Shown here: positions 1 through 14,500 of the stretch, piece by piece
How positions within the stretch are numbered: position 1 is the first letter of the stretch
Layout: every line of letters starts with the position of its first letter
From: Phoronis australis
Lineage: Eukaryota > Animalia > Phoronida
Assembly (NCBI GenBank): GCA_002633005.1
Contig: NMRA01000191.1
Coordinates: forward strand, 62,001 to 126,000
Length of the DNA: 64,000 bases
Direction: 5' to 3'
The notes under the pieces: model-generated
What the model was told of the DNA's origin: nothing
Seen by the model: the letters and a program-made list of their open reading frames with translations, nothing else
Database searches by the model: none
Program-made: the position numbers and the translations under genes

Positions 1-1769
1 GAAAGTGGTGCTCTTGTTTGATTTATTATCATGCAAACAATAAGCAGCAAACAATAAGTGAGGGCTGATCCGGCCATACATTTTCTGGAGCTGAATCCAT
101 TATACTCATGCAATTTCGTTTTCCAAATCCTCTTGCGTTCGTACATTTTAGTATTATACTGTGACGGCTTAGGGAATGAATTTTAGCGGTCGCGCGCCTG
201 TACTGTAGCTGTGCACTTGTACCATACGAGTATATATCTTTTTATGATAGCGGTACAATATCGATAGTTATACCGATAGCAAAACTATTTAAAATCTTAT
301 CGGTACTTAGGAGGCAAATTCGGCTATTTACATTAAGAATGCTCAAGAAACTGAAGGTTGAATAGACATCGTAATTGTAATTCGTAGAATTTAGTCCGTA
401 TTGAAAACTTTAGAGCGTCTCGACGTTCATCGATGAGAGGCACTACATGTAGATCGATGTTTTTTTATGAAATAAGGATTTTCACACTTATTCGCGTGAA
501 AATTGAAAACACTTAAACGCATCATTTGGGTCCGACCTTCACGTCTGAAAATTCGCCATTCCCTGATCTTGGCCCGTCCTCCCCATTCCCAAGTTCTATC
601 ATCATAGACGTTGGACGACCACTAAGCCTGCAAAATATGTCGTTGTTCTTAGATTTTTATGTTTATCTAAGCTTTCCACTTGTACTTTGATTCATGTCAA
701 AGTTTCCAAGTTTGTCTTGTACATTTTGTTTTTTTCTTGTAATCTTGATTTCTTTGCACTTTGGTAAATTAAATAACCTTTAAAAAAAGTACTCGGAAAC
801 ATAGGCATGCCCAATGAACTTCTGCCGGCAAAACAGTAGACACGGAATCCTTAAAAATTGAATTCCAATTATAAATAGCTAAGAGGTCGAGATATGTTTC
901 TCACGCGCCTCCTAAAAGTAATACACCAGAGGGGTCAAATAGTCGCTTAAAATTGTAATTTATTCTTAGCTGGCTAAAAACGACATGACCCCTGGGACAG
1001 GATCAAAAATAAAAATTTTAAAAAAGTGGCCAGGAAAACGAATTCAGCTACANCCCCCACCCCTTTTAGTTACTGAAAACGTAAATCTGCCACTATCGAA
1101 TTAAGCCTTTTACTCAAAGTCGGTCTCATCCGGGTTTCACAAAAGAATATGAAAACATGCAGCAGCGGGCATCAGCGACTCGACAAAGCGCTTCATCGAG
1201 TTTAAAAACTTGCGGATTTGAAAACGGACCATGTATACATCAATGCCTGTGATTTGAGTTGGAAACGGAAGAAATACTGAGACCATGCGGATTTTATGAA
1301 AGTTAGATGATTTTCCGAACGGTTTGCTGGTAGGTAGTTGGGGAGACGCAGTTTTCATAAAGTCAGTGGCATACCCATTTTTCGTGAAAACGATGACCTG
1401 AAAATATGATACCAGACAAGTGAAAATTTCTACAGATTCACTGGTGGCAATCTCCAGGTCTCTGGTGGGTTATTTTGCACACTCATTGAGGGGAGGGGGG
1501 CCAGCGTGACTGAAACCAAATTTCCGATCGTTGACCAAACTATTCAAAAGTCAGGAGAGGCAAATTTCACCAATGTCGGTCAAAAAATATTTACCAAAAT
1601 TGAAATATTTTCATTTTCCAACATAGTTTAGTGTGCAGTGCCGGAATGTAACTGAGGCAAACGCGACCAGCTCTCTCCGCAACTTTTTTACATTCATGTC
1701 GTGGTGTAAGCCGGTCTGCCGGACGGTATTAAATTACCCGATTACCCGCAGGATAAAACTGAACTGAGA

Positions 1770-2048
1770 CATGCGTGCACCCAGGGGGGGGGGGGGGCNA
1801 GCCCCCCCCCCCATTTGGCGAAGTGGGCAAAAAGATCCGCCTCAAAGACACAAAAAGTCCGAGAAAACGAGACGAACAGTCTACTAAAAAGGCGCAAACG
1901 CAGAATTCAAATTCACAGCACGTACAGCTCCGATCGTGGTACTGTTTTCTTTTTTTTTATTTAGTCGACTGACTACTTTGGTAGTAAAAGGTCCACATCG
2001 CCAGGAATTCGAGTCCTCCCCCGGTATTGAAGGCTGGGAGCACGCACG
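1770..2048. mobile_element. MITE-like element
   Basis: Imperfect TIR CATGCGTGCACCCAG / CTGGGAGCACGCACG with internal G-run/C-run; TSD unclear. Confidence 0.45.
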
Positions 2049-2127
2049 GCTGAGTTGAGTGTCTGTGTTATCAACATGCAATATGAACTCAAAGGTTTCA
2101 ATTTATTACTTTCGTATTATATGAATC

Positions 2128-2287
2128 CATGAGCGGATCCAGGATTTTGAGTTGGGGGGGCAGGGCAGAGTATTAGACAGGATTTTGCCTGTCAGACATA
2201 ATTGGCACTCCCGAACTGCCCAATGGAATCTTGGAGAATTTTACGGGGGGGCATGGCCCTCTTGACCACCCTCTAAATCCGCCAGTG
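2128..2287. mobile_element. MITE family A, 5-bp TSD
   Basis: CATGAGCGGATCC..AATCCGCCAGTG flanked by GAATC/GAATC. Confidence 0.75.
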
Positions 2288-2564
2288 GAATCTCCCCTAA
2301 TTCATTACTAACTGTTATCAATTTTTAGTGCATAATTTTTCGTGTGAAATATTGTTAGAGACTTGCCACTGCGACAAGTTTTCTTTACAAAGATCAGTGA
2401 AAAGGCGAGGACTCGACTACGGCGCCGGGAAGAACGAGTTTGTAACTATTTTAAAACAAAATGTTGACGTCACAACGTCTTACCTAGTCAGCTCGCTAAA
2501 TGTCGCAAGTGTAAAAAGTTACTGAGAGACTGGCTGGGACGCGTCTGCAAACAGTAAGCGGTTC

Positions 2565-2730
2565 CAGGGGCGGATCCGGATTTTTAGTAAGTTGGGCCCG
2601 GGAGGGGGGCAGGGCAGTAGTATTAGCCAGGATTTTGCTCATAAGACATTCGCCACCCCCCAATTACCAAATGGAATCAGAGTTTTAGGGAGGGCCATGG
2701 CCTCTTGGCCCCCCTCTAAATCCGCCACTG
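2565..2730. mobile_element. MITE family A, 5-bp TSD
   Basis: CAGGGGCGGATCC..AATCCGCCACTG flanked by GGTTC/GGTTC. Confidence 0.8.
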
Positions 2731-3047
2731 GGTTCCATGAGACAGGCACAGTATAGGCTTCGAGCTCTACAGCGCACTGAGGACAGTCCGCCGCTTTTAA
2801 TTAGACCGTCATAATTTTTTCAAAATTGTTGTAGAATAGAATAACAACCGGAAAATTTATTTGGTAATTTCTAGGAGCCAGGTTCCTAGGTGATTTCTTC
2901 TCCTCTACGAAAAAAAGCACTTGTCCATCATAGTGCGTCCTAAATTTCTGAAATTTTGGTGTTCGTAGCCCAACGGCCGGCTTAGTTCACGAAGTTCTGT
3001 GCCAAAAGTTTTATGGATGCTGGTTCAGGGCAAACTCAGAACTGGGG

Positions 3048-3240
3048 CTTCCTGTGGTAAAACAGGACATATCAACCTGCGCAAGTTTTTCCAATTTGGA
3101 ACCATTCGCGCAACGTGCATGTGGTATCTGCTGTGTTCCGTGAATTAAGGAAAGTTAGAACGTTTTTAACTAAAATATTTATTGTTCTAATGCCTTTGTA
3201 AATATTGCTTTAACCAGACAATATTCGTACGCATTTTGAG
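3048..3240 (+). promoter_or_regulatory. Candidate non-coding first exon / promoter of G3BP (5' boundary uncertain)
   Basis: Consensus donor GAG|GTAAGT at 3240/3241 and CTTCCTGT motif at 3048. The ATG exon has an acceptor 14 nt upstream of ATG, so an upstream non-coding exon is expected. Confidence 0.45.
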
Positions 3241-3862
3241 GTAAGTTTGAGGTAATCGGAGCTCTCTGTAAGGTGTTGAAGTGGATGATGTTTCGTTGTC
3301 AAAGATGGGGTGGCCATGTTGAATATTTTCGCCGACAAAGTTTTCTTCCTTAAACTTAGTGAATTTTACTAAACTAAGTAAACTTATTTTGAGAACGTAG
3401 TTTTTATCTGATAATTCTGTTGTTTTCAATTTTCCGAGTCACTGATCTTATCTAGTAGCGGTTACGTTCGTTTGCTTCTTTTTATTGTTCTTGATTGACA
3501 GCGAAACTCATTCATTGATTCATTTCTCTCTCACCAGTGTTGATCATCTAGTTTTTACTCTTAAAGAAAAAATCGTATTCACGATAGACCTTAACTGTAA
3601 CCAACGGACGTGTGGATGCTGTAAAGTTCAAGCAAGTCAGCTGTATTCTGTAGTATGTTCCGTTGATGCTGGAAGAATTGGGTTGAAAGCAGACCAAATC
3701 CATTGGGGGGAGGAGGGACTGTTTCACTTAATTGTCATATTTTTGTAACTGAACAATCGCAGTAAACTGGTTATTAAATCAAACCTGGGGCCATTGTAAG
3801 TGACTACCGCTGTGTACCATGAATCTAGGCAACACGCAGCCCCTCGGCTGGCTGTCTTAGGG

Positions 3863-4200
3863 GCTACAATACTCCCCATTGCTTTTTGTACTAATTTCAT
3901 CCCGTGTATTTTGAACAAGCGGTAGGCTAAATCTGCTTGCTGAATAAGAGTTTTCACCTTGTCTAAAATATCACTTAAAAATGCATACTGTATTCAGCGA
4001 TGCTTTCCCTCGAAGCATGTCTACAGGAGTTGAGATGACATTGGCAAAGAATTCCAACTCTACTTTTTTGTCACCGTTAACTTTTTCACCACACGCAATT
4101 ACTACATTTCAACGGACGTCACGTGAGTTAGGCAAGGACAAGTGCGAGATTGAGCGAAGCGCATGACCTGGCGCGTGACACTTGCAAAAATAGCATGGGA
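3863..4200. repeat. Diverged fragment of the same family as 39203..40376
   Basis: Reverse-complement similarity, e.g. GTACTAATTTCATCCCGTGTATTTT, GAATTCCAACTC, GCGCGTGACACTTGCAAAA. Confidence 0.6.
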
Positions 4201-5632
4201 ATACATGTCCCTTGGACTATTTGCTTGTCAACAGGTGTGATTTCATATTTTGTGATGAGCGACTGGGAATGTACTATTGCCCCTGTATGCCTGCGACATT
4301 ACAGGGCGATGGAATAGCCTGAATTCTGTAGTTCGGTAATAAGTGTAGTGTGACTGTGTTTGACCTGTCTCACTTGCACTGCTGCGCTGGCCTTATGCCA
4401 CTGATTCTGAGTACCCGTCAATTGCTGAGTTGCAAGTCTTGTTTTTAAATGGTTGTCTGCACTGCCATCTGAACTGAAAACATGGACTTCGAACATGGAC
4501 CGCCAAGTCTGTATATTCTCATAACACGAGATCTGTGATCTTGTGCTCAAGTTGCAAATTCAACATGCATATAAAATCACTTGAAAGGGAACTAGTTTCT
4601 CTTAATAACAGTAATTGCTGATCCTCAATGAAAATTGGTTCCCTTTGTCCAGAGGGACCCGTCTGTTTGACTTTTACCACCTGTTTCACTTCGGGTGTAT
4701 GTCTGCTGACTTCGGTGGTTTGTTGCGCTATAAGAGGTTGAGTTATATGATTACCATACACTTTTGAACTTTTGCCAAAATATCCATGGCACCAAGAATT
4801 CTAATAAAGGATATTTTGAAAGGTTTTCATTACCGAAATGTTTTCTTTCGTACTGCTGTTAGTGCTGTACAATAAAAAAACTGTTGCTTATGAACTATGG
4901 TGGAAGCAACTGGACCTAATATCTGGTGAAATGTTACATCTGTTATAAAATGACATTAATCAGGTTTGTTTCGGTCCAAACAGGGAATCTAACCTGGGAC
5001 TCTTAGCTAGGTGTTCATCCAGGATTTTAAACTAGGGTGTCCAAAATGAGTTTCCCAATTTTTCAAGTCGTCCATAAGTACGATTACATTTTCATGACCC
5101 CAAGTCAGATTGCTGTTATGGTTTGATGGGTTACTGTGGAGCCATCTCTGCAATAAAATTTAATGTATCTTGTATATATTTCGGCTTACATTTTTTCCTG
5201 GACACATTTATGAAGTGCTTCCTCGTAGACTTGATACTCGTAGGTATTTCCTGACCAGGTTTAAATGTGTGCCAATGTGTGTACCTGTTGATGAAAATTG
5301 TACCCTTTTTCGAAAGGTTGTGCTGAGCAGATTAAGTTAGTGAAATGAAGCGCAGCCATCGATAGGTAGATAACCAGCTTTGTTGGAATTTTTTGTGGTC
5401 TTGTTGTATTTGGCTACCTGCAGCTCACCAATACGACTTCAGATTATGTTTGACTACATTCGAGTAACAAAGTCAGATAATTATTCTCCTGAAATTCGCT
5501 CCGGAACTTTAAATTAACATTTTTCTTCCTAGATTCAATACCTTTCATTCACAAGTCCTCTGGTTTATCATGAAATCTGTGCTTACCGCAGTCAGCACAT
5601 GTCAAACATAAGCTTAAATTACAACAGGAAGT

Positions 5633-6865
5633 AAACAGAATGAAGTCAGAATTGTTCAGCAAGGAGCTGGCAAAGTCAGACCATAATTGAAATACAATTT
5701 GAGAAAATATATCTGAATAATGGAATTCGGGTAAACATTTTTAAAGTCAACATTGGGATCTCTGTTGAATGAGGAAAAAAGCGGCAGCCTTGAGTTGGCG
5801 GTAAGCCAAGCAACAAGCACTGGGTCTGATGGCTTGGTTAAACTGGAAGTAGAAGTGCCCCCTGATTGACGGATCACTGGTCGCGGAATCACTGGTAACT
5901 GGAACAGTGGTCAGTGTTGATTGCCAGGCCACTGGTAAGGGATGGATCACTAGATGCTGTTGTCTCGGCCCCTGGTCGCTGTGGATTTCACTATTTGCAG
6001 AATCGGTGGGGCATGTCGATGTGCTGTTTATTAATGACCAACTGTCTAAAGAAGTTGGGTGTTGTTTCACCATAGTTCAGTTTTGACAGGTTCATCACTA
6101 GTCCTCGAGGCGTCCTCTGCTAGAGAATAATTGAATGTCAATGTAATGTCGTCATGGTCACAGCTGAATAACACGAGCTTTGTGAGTGTTGCGGTTAGTA
6201 AACGGAAATGAGATCAAATATTTTAAAAACGAAACCTGTCTTAACTNAAATAGAATGAAGTCAGAATTGTTCAGCAAGGAGCTGGCAAAGTCAGACCATA
6301 ATTGAAATACAATTTGAGAAAATATATCTGAATAATGGAATTTGGGTTAACATTTTTAAAGTCAACACTGGGATCTCTGTTGAATGAGGAAAAAAAGCGG
6401 CAGCCTTGAGTTGGCGGTAAGCCAAGCAACAAGCACTGGGTCTGATGGCTTGGTTAAACTGGAAGTAGAAGTGCCCCCTGATTGACGGATCACAGGTCGC
6501 GGAATCACTGGTAACTGGAACAGTGGTCAGTGTTGATTGCCAGGCCACTGGTAAGAGATGGATCGCTAGATGCTGTTGTCTCGGCCCCTGGTCGCTGTGG
6601 ATTTCACTACTTGCAGAATCAGTGGTGGGGCATGTCAATGTGCTGTTTATTAATGACCAACTGTCTAAAGAAGTTGGGTGTTGTTTCACCATAGTTCAGT
6701 TTTGACAGGTTCATCACTAGTCCTCGAGGCGTCCTCTGCTAGAGAATAATTGAATGTCAATGTAATGTCGTCATGGTCACAGCTGAATAACACGAGCTTT
6801 GTGAGTGTTGCGGTTAGTAAACGGAAATGAGATCAAATATTTTAAAAACGAAACCTGTCTTAACT
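5633..6865. other. Apparent tandem duplication (5633..6246 / 6248..6865) joined at an N; likely uncollapsed haplotypes
   Basis: Near-identical ~615-bp copies meeting exactly at the N at 6247. Confidence 0.8.
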
Positions 6866-8797
6866 TGAGACCATTTTAGTGGAATTTTCAAAATACGTAT
6901 TGCTCAATTGGCTGCAAGTTGACTAAATTTCAGCGTTTATAAAAAGATGCACTGATCCAATTTACTTGCAACATTGTATTGTTTTGTGCACTAATACGGC
7001 AAAGGCGCAGTCCAGGATTATCCCTGGACATCTATTTGATTGTAGTGCTAAGGAAATTGTGAAGTTGATGCTTTCTCACCATCAAACACTAAAACCAGTG
7101 GTCCACTTACGTAATTGAGTGGGTGCTATTCAGTATAATTGGGTTTGCTTTAGGAAAGAAGCGTGGACTGGCAACAGTATAGGCATTGGCATGGGCGATA
7201 TAACACCTGCCTATTTTTGACATTGTCTAAAATCCTTAAAAGATCTGCAGAATGGACAATGACTCGCCCGTGATTCTGAGTGTTCTTTGCCACATAGCAT
7301 TATAGTGAAGTCAACGAGCTTGTGCAACTTTTCTGCAATCACATCACTTGAACTAAATCTGCTTCTAGCCATAGTGTGGATCGAAAGGTCTCTAAACATT
7401 TTGAAATTTAGGTCAGTACATGATACATAGGTGCTTGCAGGGAATCTTGGTGTTAAAAAGCTACATTTTCATGGTTGGACAGGAATCTTCATTATTATAT
7501 GGTTGGTTGAATAGCAGATGACATCTGTCCAATAAACGGCCAACTTGCCAAATGCAACTTGACAAGATTCCCTGGTTGCCATATGAAAACTTGGGTCATA
7601 GGTCATTGACCAAAAAATGTGCTGACATCATCATTATTAAAAATTAGCGCATATCCCATTTCTGCAATTAGTACACACCCTTGCGCGACACATCGTAGCA
7701 TCAGATGATACAAGGCTACCATTTTCTTCCCTCGTTCAGCTACTGACTGGTGGCTTCACGACGACTTGGTATTTTTCCCAGGTCCCCAAACCCAACCTGA
7801 AGTCGCATTGGGGAGCTGCAAGTTGACAAATCCAGCACTGCAGGTGTTTTTTGGTCAATATTAAGTAGCGCATTCGTCAGTTGTGTCAGTTCATAACAGG
7901 ACTTTTGAATCCTAAAAAAAACGCTGATTAAAAGACAGGGCGGCCTTACTTATGAGCTGGCAACTAGATTTCTTACTCAGACACTCTGCTGCCAACCGCG
8001 CCATTGAAGTGTTACCACTAAGCTCCCATAGTATGGATGTGTTCCAGTGTAAGTGTTTTTGGGTACCGTACTGTTATGTGGTTTCATTTTCACTTATTGG
8101 CCTTTTTACATATTTAAGGTCTGTGGTTTCATTTTCACTTAATGGCCTCGTGTTCGCCACTGGGCGGAGGGGTTGGAATGTATGATTACAGTTGGCCTTG
8201 GTTAGGCTGTTCAGTATTCATGGTTTTACTTGAAGACTTGTTCAGATGCAAATTTTGTCTTGGGCTCGCACTTGGATTTTGTCAGACTTAAAGGAAGTTG
8301 TAATTTTGTAACCATTGAAAATGTGATGTATCAAATGATCTATCAGTTTGACTTCGTACCTGCTGCTACTGTGTAAGGTGCAGTTGAATTATCATTTGCT
8401 TGGGTTTATGTTTAGCTTTTATCATGTTTCCCTGTCGGTGAATCCATGTAAAACCTGTTGGTTTGATACAATGTCAGGTGGTATAGAACATGTGGATTGT
8501 TATTTGCACAGCAATGCTCTATTCAATACTGTGTTGGATTGTTTGAACTGTGTCTTTGTTGTGCCAGCTGCCATCTCTCTTGGATGTGAACACTGAATGT
8601 GGATGTTAGTAGATTCCAATGTGGTGTCATAATTGATTTGTTTAGTGTCATGACTTAAACATAAATGATTACTGTTGCTTCTACTAAAGTAAGTGATGCC
8701 AGCTGATGTCTAAGTGCCTGTTTAGTTGTTGCTGAATAAAAGCTGTTTGACATATGCAGTTCAAACACTAATGCAGTTACTTTAAGATCAGTATTGA

Positions 8798-10035
8798 GGT
8801 TATCTTCAACCTTATTTGTCAAAATTTTATTTTTAAGAAAGGTACATTAATAGCAAAATAACCCCTCGGTCGATTTTAATGAAACATTTTTATAAATGAA
8901 AACTTCACCAGTTACCTCAAGAACGCTGTTGGAAATTTTCGATTAGTCTTCTCGTTTGGTTTCAATGACAAATCAACTCGCAAAATGTAAGGTATCTTTG
9001 TAAAAAACAGAAGTCGTATTCGTCTTTGTTACATTACACAAAAATGGGCCTTTAAATCGAAAATCCTAGCAGCGTTTTTGGGACTGATGACTAAGTATCA
9101 AATTTGGAAAGTTTCAGTGGAATCCACCGAGCCGTTTTCGAGAACACGTGTTCCTAAGTTCAAATGAAGTCGATTTGCCAAAGCAAAGAAAAAGCCGATT
9201 AAACTGGGAAGAGTGAAAATCTCAGTCTTGGGTTCATTATTGGATGAAAGCTTGTTTTCGGTACACATAACCTATTCAAGCCTTAAACGTGTTTGCTATA
9301 TCAACATTCACTCGCAATATCAACTGATTTTGCAGTGGCATAATTAATTTAATTTAATAATCATTAAAACGTACCGTTCCCAGCTAACTCTCGCTGTTAT
9401 TTGTGTGACCATTTGACCTACTTTTATAAATAGGTCACAGTTCATTGTTATACACACAGCCTGTTACGTGCTGGGAGGCTGATATGAAACAAAGTAAGAA
9501 ATGGATAACAAAAATCGAATCGGTGGTTAAAGCATGTCGTTAGCATGAGATCGAAACATTGAATGTCAATTTACTAATTGAATGAAGGAATTAGTTTGAG
9601 GATTTATATCTTCACAATTTGCTGTGTTGATGACCACAGAGGCCTGAGGCGACCATAGCATTCGTCCTCAACGCAAACGGTCATATGCATGTAGGCGCAC
9701 AACTCCCTTAGGATCAAAACTATGTTTTGTCTTTGTTTTCCCTGGCACCATTCTACCATAAGTACGCCTCGTTTATGGCAACTGAGTGAATGAAAGGACT
9801 CAGGGTATATGAAGGTGTTCTGTACCTGGCGGGAGATTCGATTTGACCTCGGATAAGTAGTAAACAAATATCCACGCAGTTGTGCGGTTCCCAGGTAGTT
9901 CTGTTCAATCTTTTTTTCTCGCTACGCAGTATATGTTTTGTACTTGAAGTTCCTTGAGATTGAAAATGAGGTATTTTACTAGACACATGAAATATTGTAA
10001 AAATTAACTTTTTTTTAATAAGGTTGGAGATAACC
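8798..10035. mobile_element. Non-autonomous TIR element, Kolobok-like
   Basis: 19-bp TIR GGTTATCTTCAACCTTATT / AATAAGGTTGGAGATAACC (1 mismatch), flanks TTGA/TTAA, internal imperfect inverted repeat at about 8860-9135. Confidence 0.65.
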
Positions 10036-11402
10036 TTAACAGACCCTATGAAGAATAATTGAAGGTATGAGACATTTAGGAATAATAACTGCTAGCAACT
10101 GATAACTAATAAAACGCTGCTAAGGCACATCAGTAGGGAGTCACATCCAGCAGCAGTAAGGAGTCCAGAGCTGTGTTTGCAGTTCCATCTGTTATGGTAG
10201 CCTGAAGTATTCAGCTGTGACCACATATTTCACACATCCATCTAGGGAATAGGAAAACGCTTGGTTTTGCAAATTCAATAAAGGATACCAAATGTGTGGT
10301 TACCTTTATAAGGTTTTCATTGTGTCCTAGCTCCTATGGCTTCTTTACTGGTAGATTGTCTTCTTTGTTTGTAATACATTTGGGCAGCTTTGAAAGAGAT
10401 TACAGGAGGGTTTTTGTTTAATTTCATTTCAACTCAGTCATCATCTTCCAATTTTTCACTGTCCTTCCACCCATCCATCATGCTTTGTAACCCATGTGTC
10501 AAGAAGGAAGCATTGCCCATTTAAAAATTGTGGCATTCAGGGCTCAACGCTTGGCATACTTTAATTCTCCAGTCATTTAGCATATTTTCCTCATTTTCCA
10601 TACCAGAAATTATTTTGAAATATAATTCTTCGTTCCTCAATCATTTTGCATGAAGCTTCTTGGTGGGAATTTGTTACCTCACTTAATTCACACATAGCCA
10701 GTTTTGTACTTTTGAAAATGTCAAATCCGAAGTCCTGTCATTAATTCTAGTCGTACACACCATTTTAACTGTGTTTGTAAAGTGTGAACATAATAATATA
10801 TTCACCTCTTAATCCATCCACTTGTGTGGGATATCCCATGCTGTTGTATACATGTGGTGAAAGGAGTTACCTGGGTGAGTGTCAGGTCTAATTTGATGCT
10901 TGGTTACTCTGTTAATTTCACACCTGTCAACTACCTAGTTTGTATATCCAGTTTATTTGTCACACCTCAATTATCAATGAAACATATTTATTTTGTGCAA
11001 AATAAATTGGGAATTACTATGTCAAATTTTCAAAATTACCTGGCAGGTCGTCGAACAGTAACTGAGTGCGCCAAGAGCAGAAAATGAAGTAAATGAGATA
11101 CCTGCAAAAATATATTGTAGTTGGCAAAAAGTTTTGAAAAGGTGATATTACTAGAAAACCTGAACTTTATCTTAGTTGTTGTTCCACCTTGCCAGGTGCT
11201 TCTTCTCTGTGCATTGATTTTGTCGTTTTAAAGCCAGCAAATTTTTGTGGTGTGAGTGTAGGTACGAGAATCTTTGGGAATGTTGTAAAATAATAGTGAA
11301 TGCTTAGCTTTACAGAGGTGACCTTGGATAGTGCTTAGTTTTCATGCTTGGAATAGCTCATTTTTGTAACATCTCCTTTCTTGTCACAGATTAAGCGAAG
11401 AC

Positions 11403-11579
11403 ATGGTCATGGAAACCCCTAGCCCACAATGTGTTGGCCGCGAGTTCGTCAGACAGTACTACACGCTGATGCACGAATGTCCTAAACAGCTGCACCGGTT
11501 CTACAGCGACGCTTCCAGCTTTGTACATGGCGGTGTGGAGAAGCCAGGCGAGGAACAGCCGCCCTATGTGGGCCAGGAG
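11403..11579 (+). CDS. G3BP: G3BP coding exon 1 (NTF2-like N-terminus)
   Basis: Acceptor cacag at 11389, ATG 11403, donor GAG|gtact. Confidence 0.93.
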
Positions 11580-14500
11580 GTACTGTCTACAGACTTTATG
11601 TTCGCATCCTATGACAAAACATGAGAGCAAATGAAAACAATTTTTGCTTGTTGACATGACTGCAGCTATTTGTGAACTTGTGAGGATTGTACTTGTTGGG
11701 TATTCTTCATGTCGGATGATTTATCCACTGAAAAAAACTTAGGATGTGATCAAGCAACACTTGTTGGTCAGGTGACCACTTACTAATGTGAATTAATCGA
11801 TAATCCAATCTCATAATGATTAGCTCTCGTGAGTCAGTTTGCTCACCAGGTGTCTGTTGCTCTACGCTGGGATTTTGTCTTAGTGCCTTCGGGTGTCTAT
11901 ACAAGCAAATAAAAGTAGTTCCAAGGGCAATGTTGATGTTATGTATGCATTGAAAATGTTTCTAGCCTCCCTTACTTGGAGATTCCAACCAATACAAGCT
12001 ATCCACAGTGTACGACAGGTGACTTGGAAACCACAGGTTTATTTCATTCATAATCTGAAAGTGCTAGTTTGGTAGTTTTCATGTTAGTTATTTAGTTTCC
12101 AGCTCTGGAGAGCTTTTTGTATTGTTCTGCACATTTATTCGCCAGCCTCAACTAATAGAGCCATAAAAAACTTGTCTGTGCTCTATACACATCAAACACG
12201 GCCCAAATGAGCGTTAGCCTGCCAAGAGTATAAGGTCCTCTGATTGACACAACGTGGATAGACTTACAGCCTCTGTAAATGTTGCAAATCTGGCGATACA
12301 ACTGTCAGTGCCGATCATGGATGTTTGCAATTACTGGCAGGAGTAGATGGCTTACTGTTACAGTAGTCCTGTAAATTATGATGTAAGAAAAAGTGAGCTC
12401 AACTGCCAGGTATTGGTTCTTGTCTTGTACTCTGTGCAAATCATAGGTTTTAATTCCAAAACTACAAATTTTAATTTAAGGCCAGCTGCCGATTTCAGAA
12501 TTATGGAGTTGGCATCTCTGCGTACTATAACAGCCTGCGTCTTATGCTTGTTACAGGGTATCCATGCTAAGATCATGTCACTCCAGCTGAATGATTGTCG
12601 CGCCAAGATCCGCCAGGTGGACAGCCAGGCAACTGTCGGCGACGGGGTGGTCGTGCAGGTAAGTGGCGCATTGCTGACCACTTTGTGTCTGCAGTATTAT
12701 GAAATTTGCTAAATATAGAGTGTTGGTTAAGGTATGTTGTCCCTTTTTGGGACACTGTTATGCTTGGATTCTACTGTGCTTGTCCCCTTCATTACACCCA
12801 CAAATATGGCACATTTCACTTCCACTAAACTGTACCAAGAGAGAGATGCCTTGTGTCTTCACCATAAGCAGTCAAAATTGTACAGTTGACGGTTATTCGA
12901 TGTTTGTTCTGGTAACCGAGGGGTCAAATGCTGTGGAATTGTCCTTGTATGGAAAGACATCAAGTTTGAGATACTCATCAGCGTGTTCTGATTGGTGAAC
13001 CACCGACTCTTGGCCTAAGTACAAAACAGTTGAACAAAAATGATCCAAGAAAATGTTTCTTTGAGCACAAGGTTATTGGCCTGGATAGAGGCATGTTTGT
13101 TATTAACTCTATTGTTTGGCTGATGTTAATAAGTGAACCAAGTGTGCGCATTAACAAGTAGCAGTTCAAAACACATGGGACTTTTTGAGTGAAACCCATT
13201 TGTAAATTTCTGCTTGAACTACTTAGGGTTGGCACTGACATTAACCTTTAAGTCTGTAAATGTCTGCGCAAAATTTAGCTTTCACTCGCTTTCAACTTAT
13301 GCATTGACTTATTAGCCTGTCCATCATCTGCCAGGTAACTGGTGAGCTGTCCAACAACGGTGAGCCAATGCGTCGCTTCATGCAGACGTTCGTGCTAGCT
13401 CTGCAGTCGCCCAAGAAGTACTATGTCCACAACGACATCTTCCGTTACCAGGACGAGGTCTTCTACGACAACGACTCGGACGAAAACCAAGAGGACGGCG
13501 TCGGTAAGGGGAACTGAAACTTCAATTCGGGCATTGTTGAGCTATTCTGGAAATGTGGCTGGCCCAGCTAATTGACCAGTGTGTCAAAGCCTTTTTGTTT
13601 CCGCTCAGTGGAGGTTGTTATTCCACACTATAGTAATGAGTTGTGATTTATATTTGTTAGTGTACTAACATCAGCCGGGAATTGGCACGTGGCAGCATTT
13701 TCCTTTTCTGTCTCCATCGGTGGGGTTAACTATGTATGCTGAATTACCAAGTGCATATTGTTGCTGTGATGTGTGTAATTTGCGTCTGACAAGCAAGAGC
13801 TGGCGACGGTTTCGCCGCCGTCAACAAGCCACCTTGCCAACCTGATGACAGCTGTGTCTGAGCAACACCTCGCTTGCGATTTTTTGTTTTGTGGGAACTG
13901 GTTCTATAGTGGTTGTGAAATAATAATGAATACGAGATGTGTGTGGAAAATGTGACCTGGTTTTGTGTTTATGAAGAGATTAGTTCTGCTGTCCACTCTC
14001 TGATATTGCTGAAATTCGAGAAACGGCGGAAAACCAAACCTAGTTTTTGTGCATGGACATTGCGTGANAAGGTCCTCTGATTGACACAACGTGGATAGAC
14101 TTACAGCCTCTGTAAATGTTGCAAATGTGGCGATACAACTGTCAGTGCCGATCATGGCTATTTGCAATTACTGGCAGGAGTAGATGGCTTACTATTACAG
14201 TAGTCCTGTAAGTTATGATGTAAGAAGAAGTGAGTTCAGGTATTGGTTCTTGTCTTGTACTCTGTGCAAATCGTAGGTTTTAATTTCAAAACTACAAATT
14301 TTAATTTAAGGCCAGCTGCCAATTTCAGAATTATGGAGTTGGCATCTCTGCGTACTATAACAGCCTGCGTCACATGCTTGTTACAGGGTATCCATGCTAA
14401 GATCATGTCACTCCAGCTGAATGATTGTCGCGCCAAGATCCGCCAGGTGGACAGCCAGGCAACTGTCGGCGACGGGGTGGTCGTGCAGGTAGGTGGCACA

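Noticed and set aside
4299-5520. Possible decayed retroelement coding sequence in the putative G3BP first intron
   Set aside because: No RT or endonuclease motif could be read in any frame by eye
5633-6865. Paired 108-aa and 133-aa minus-strand ORFs (MVKQHPTSLDS..)
   Set aside because: No recognisable domain; they are paired only because of the N-joined duplication, and the copies differ by frameshifting indels
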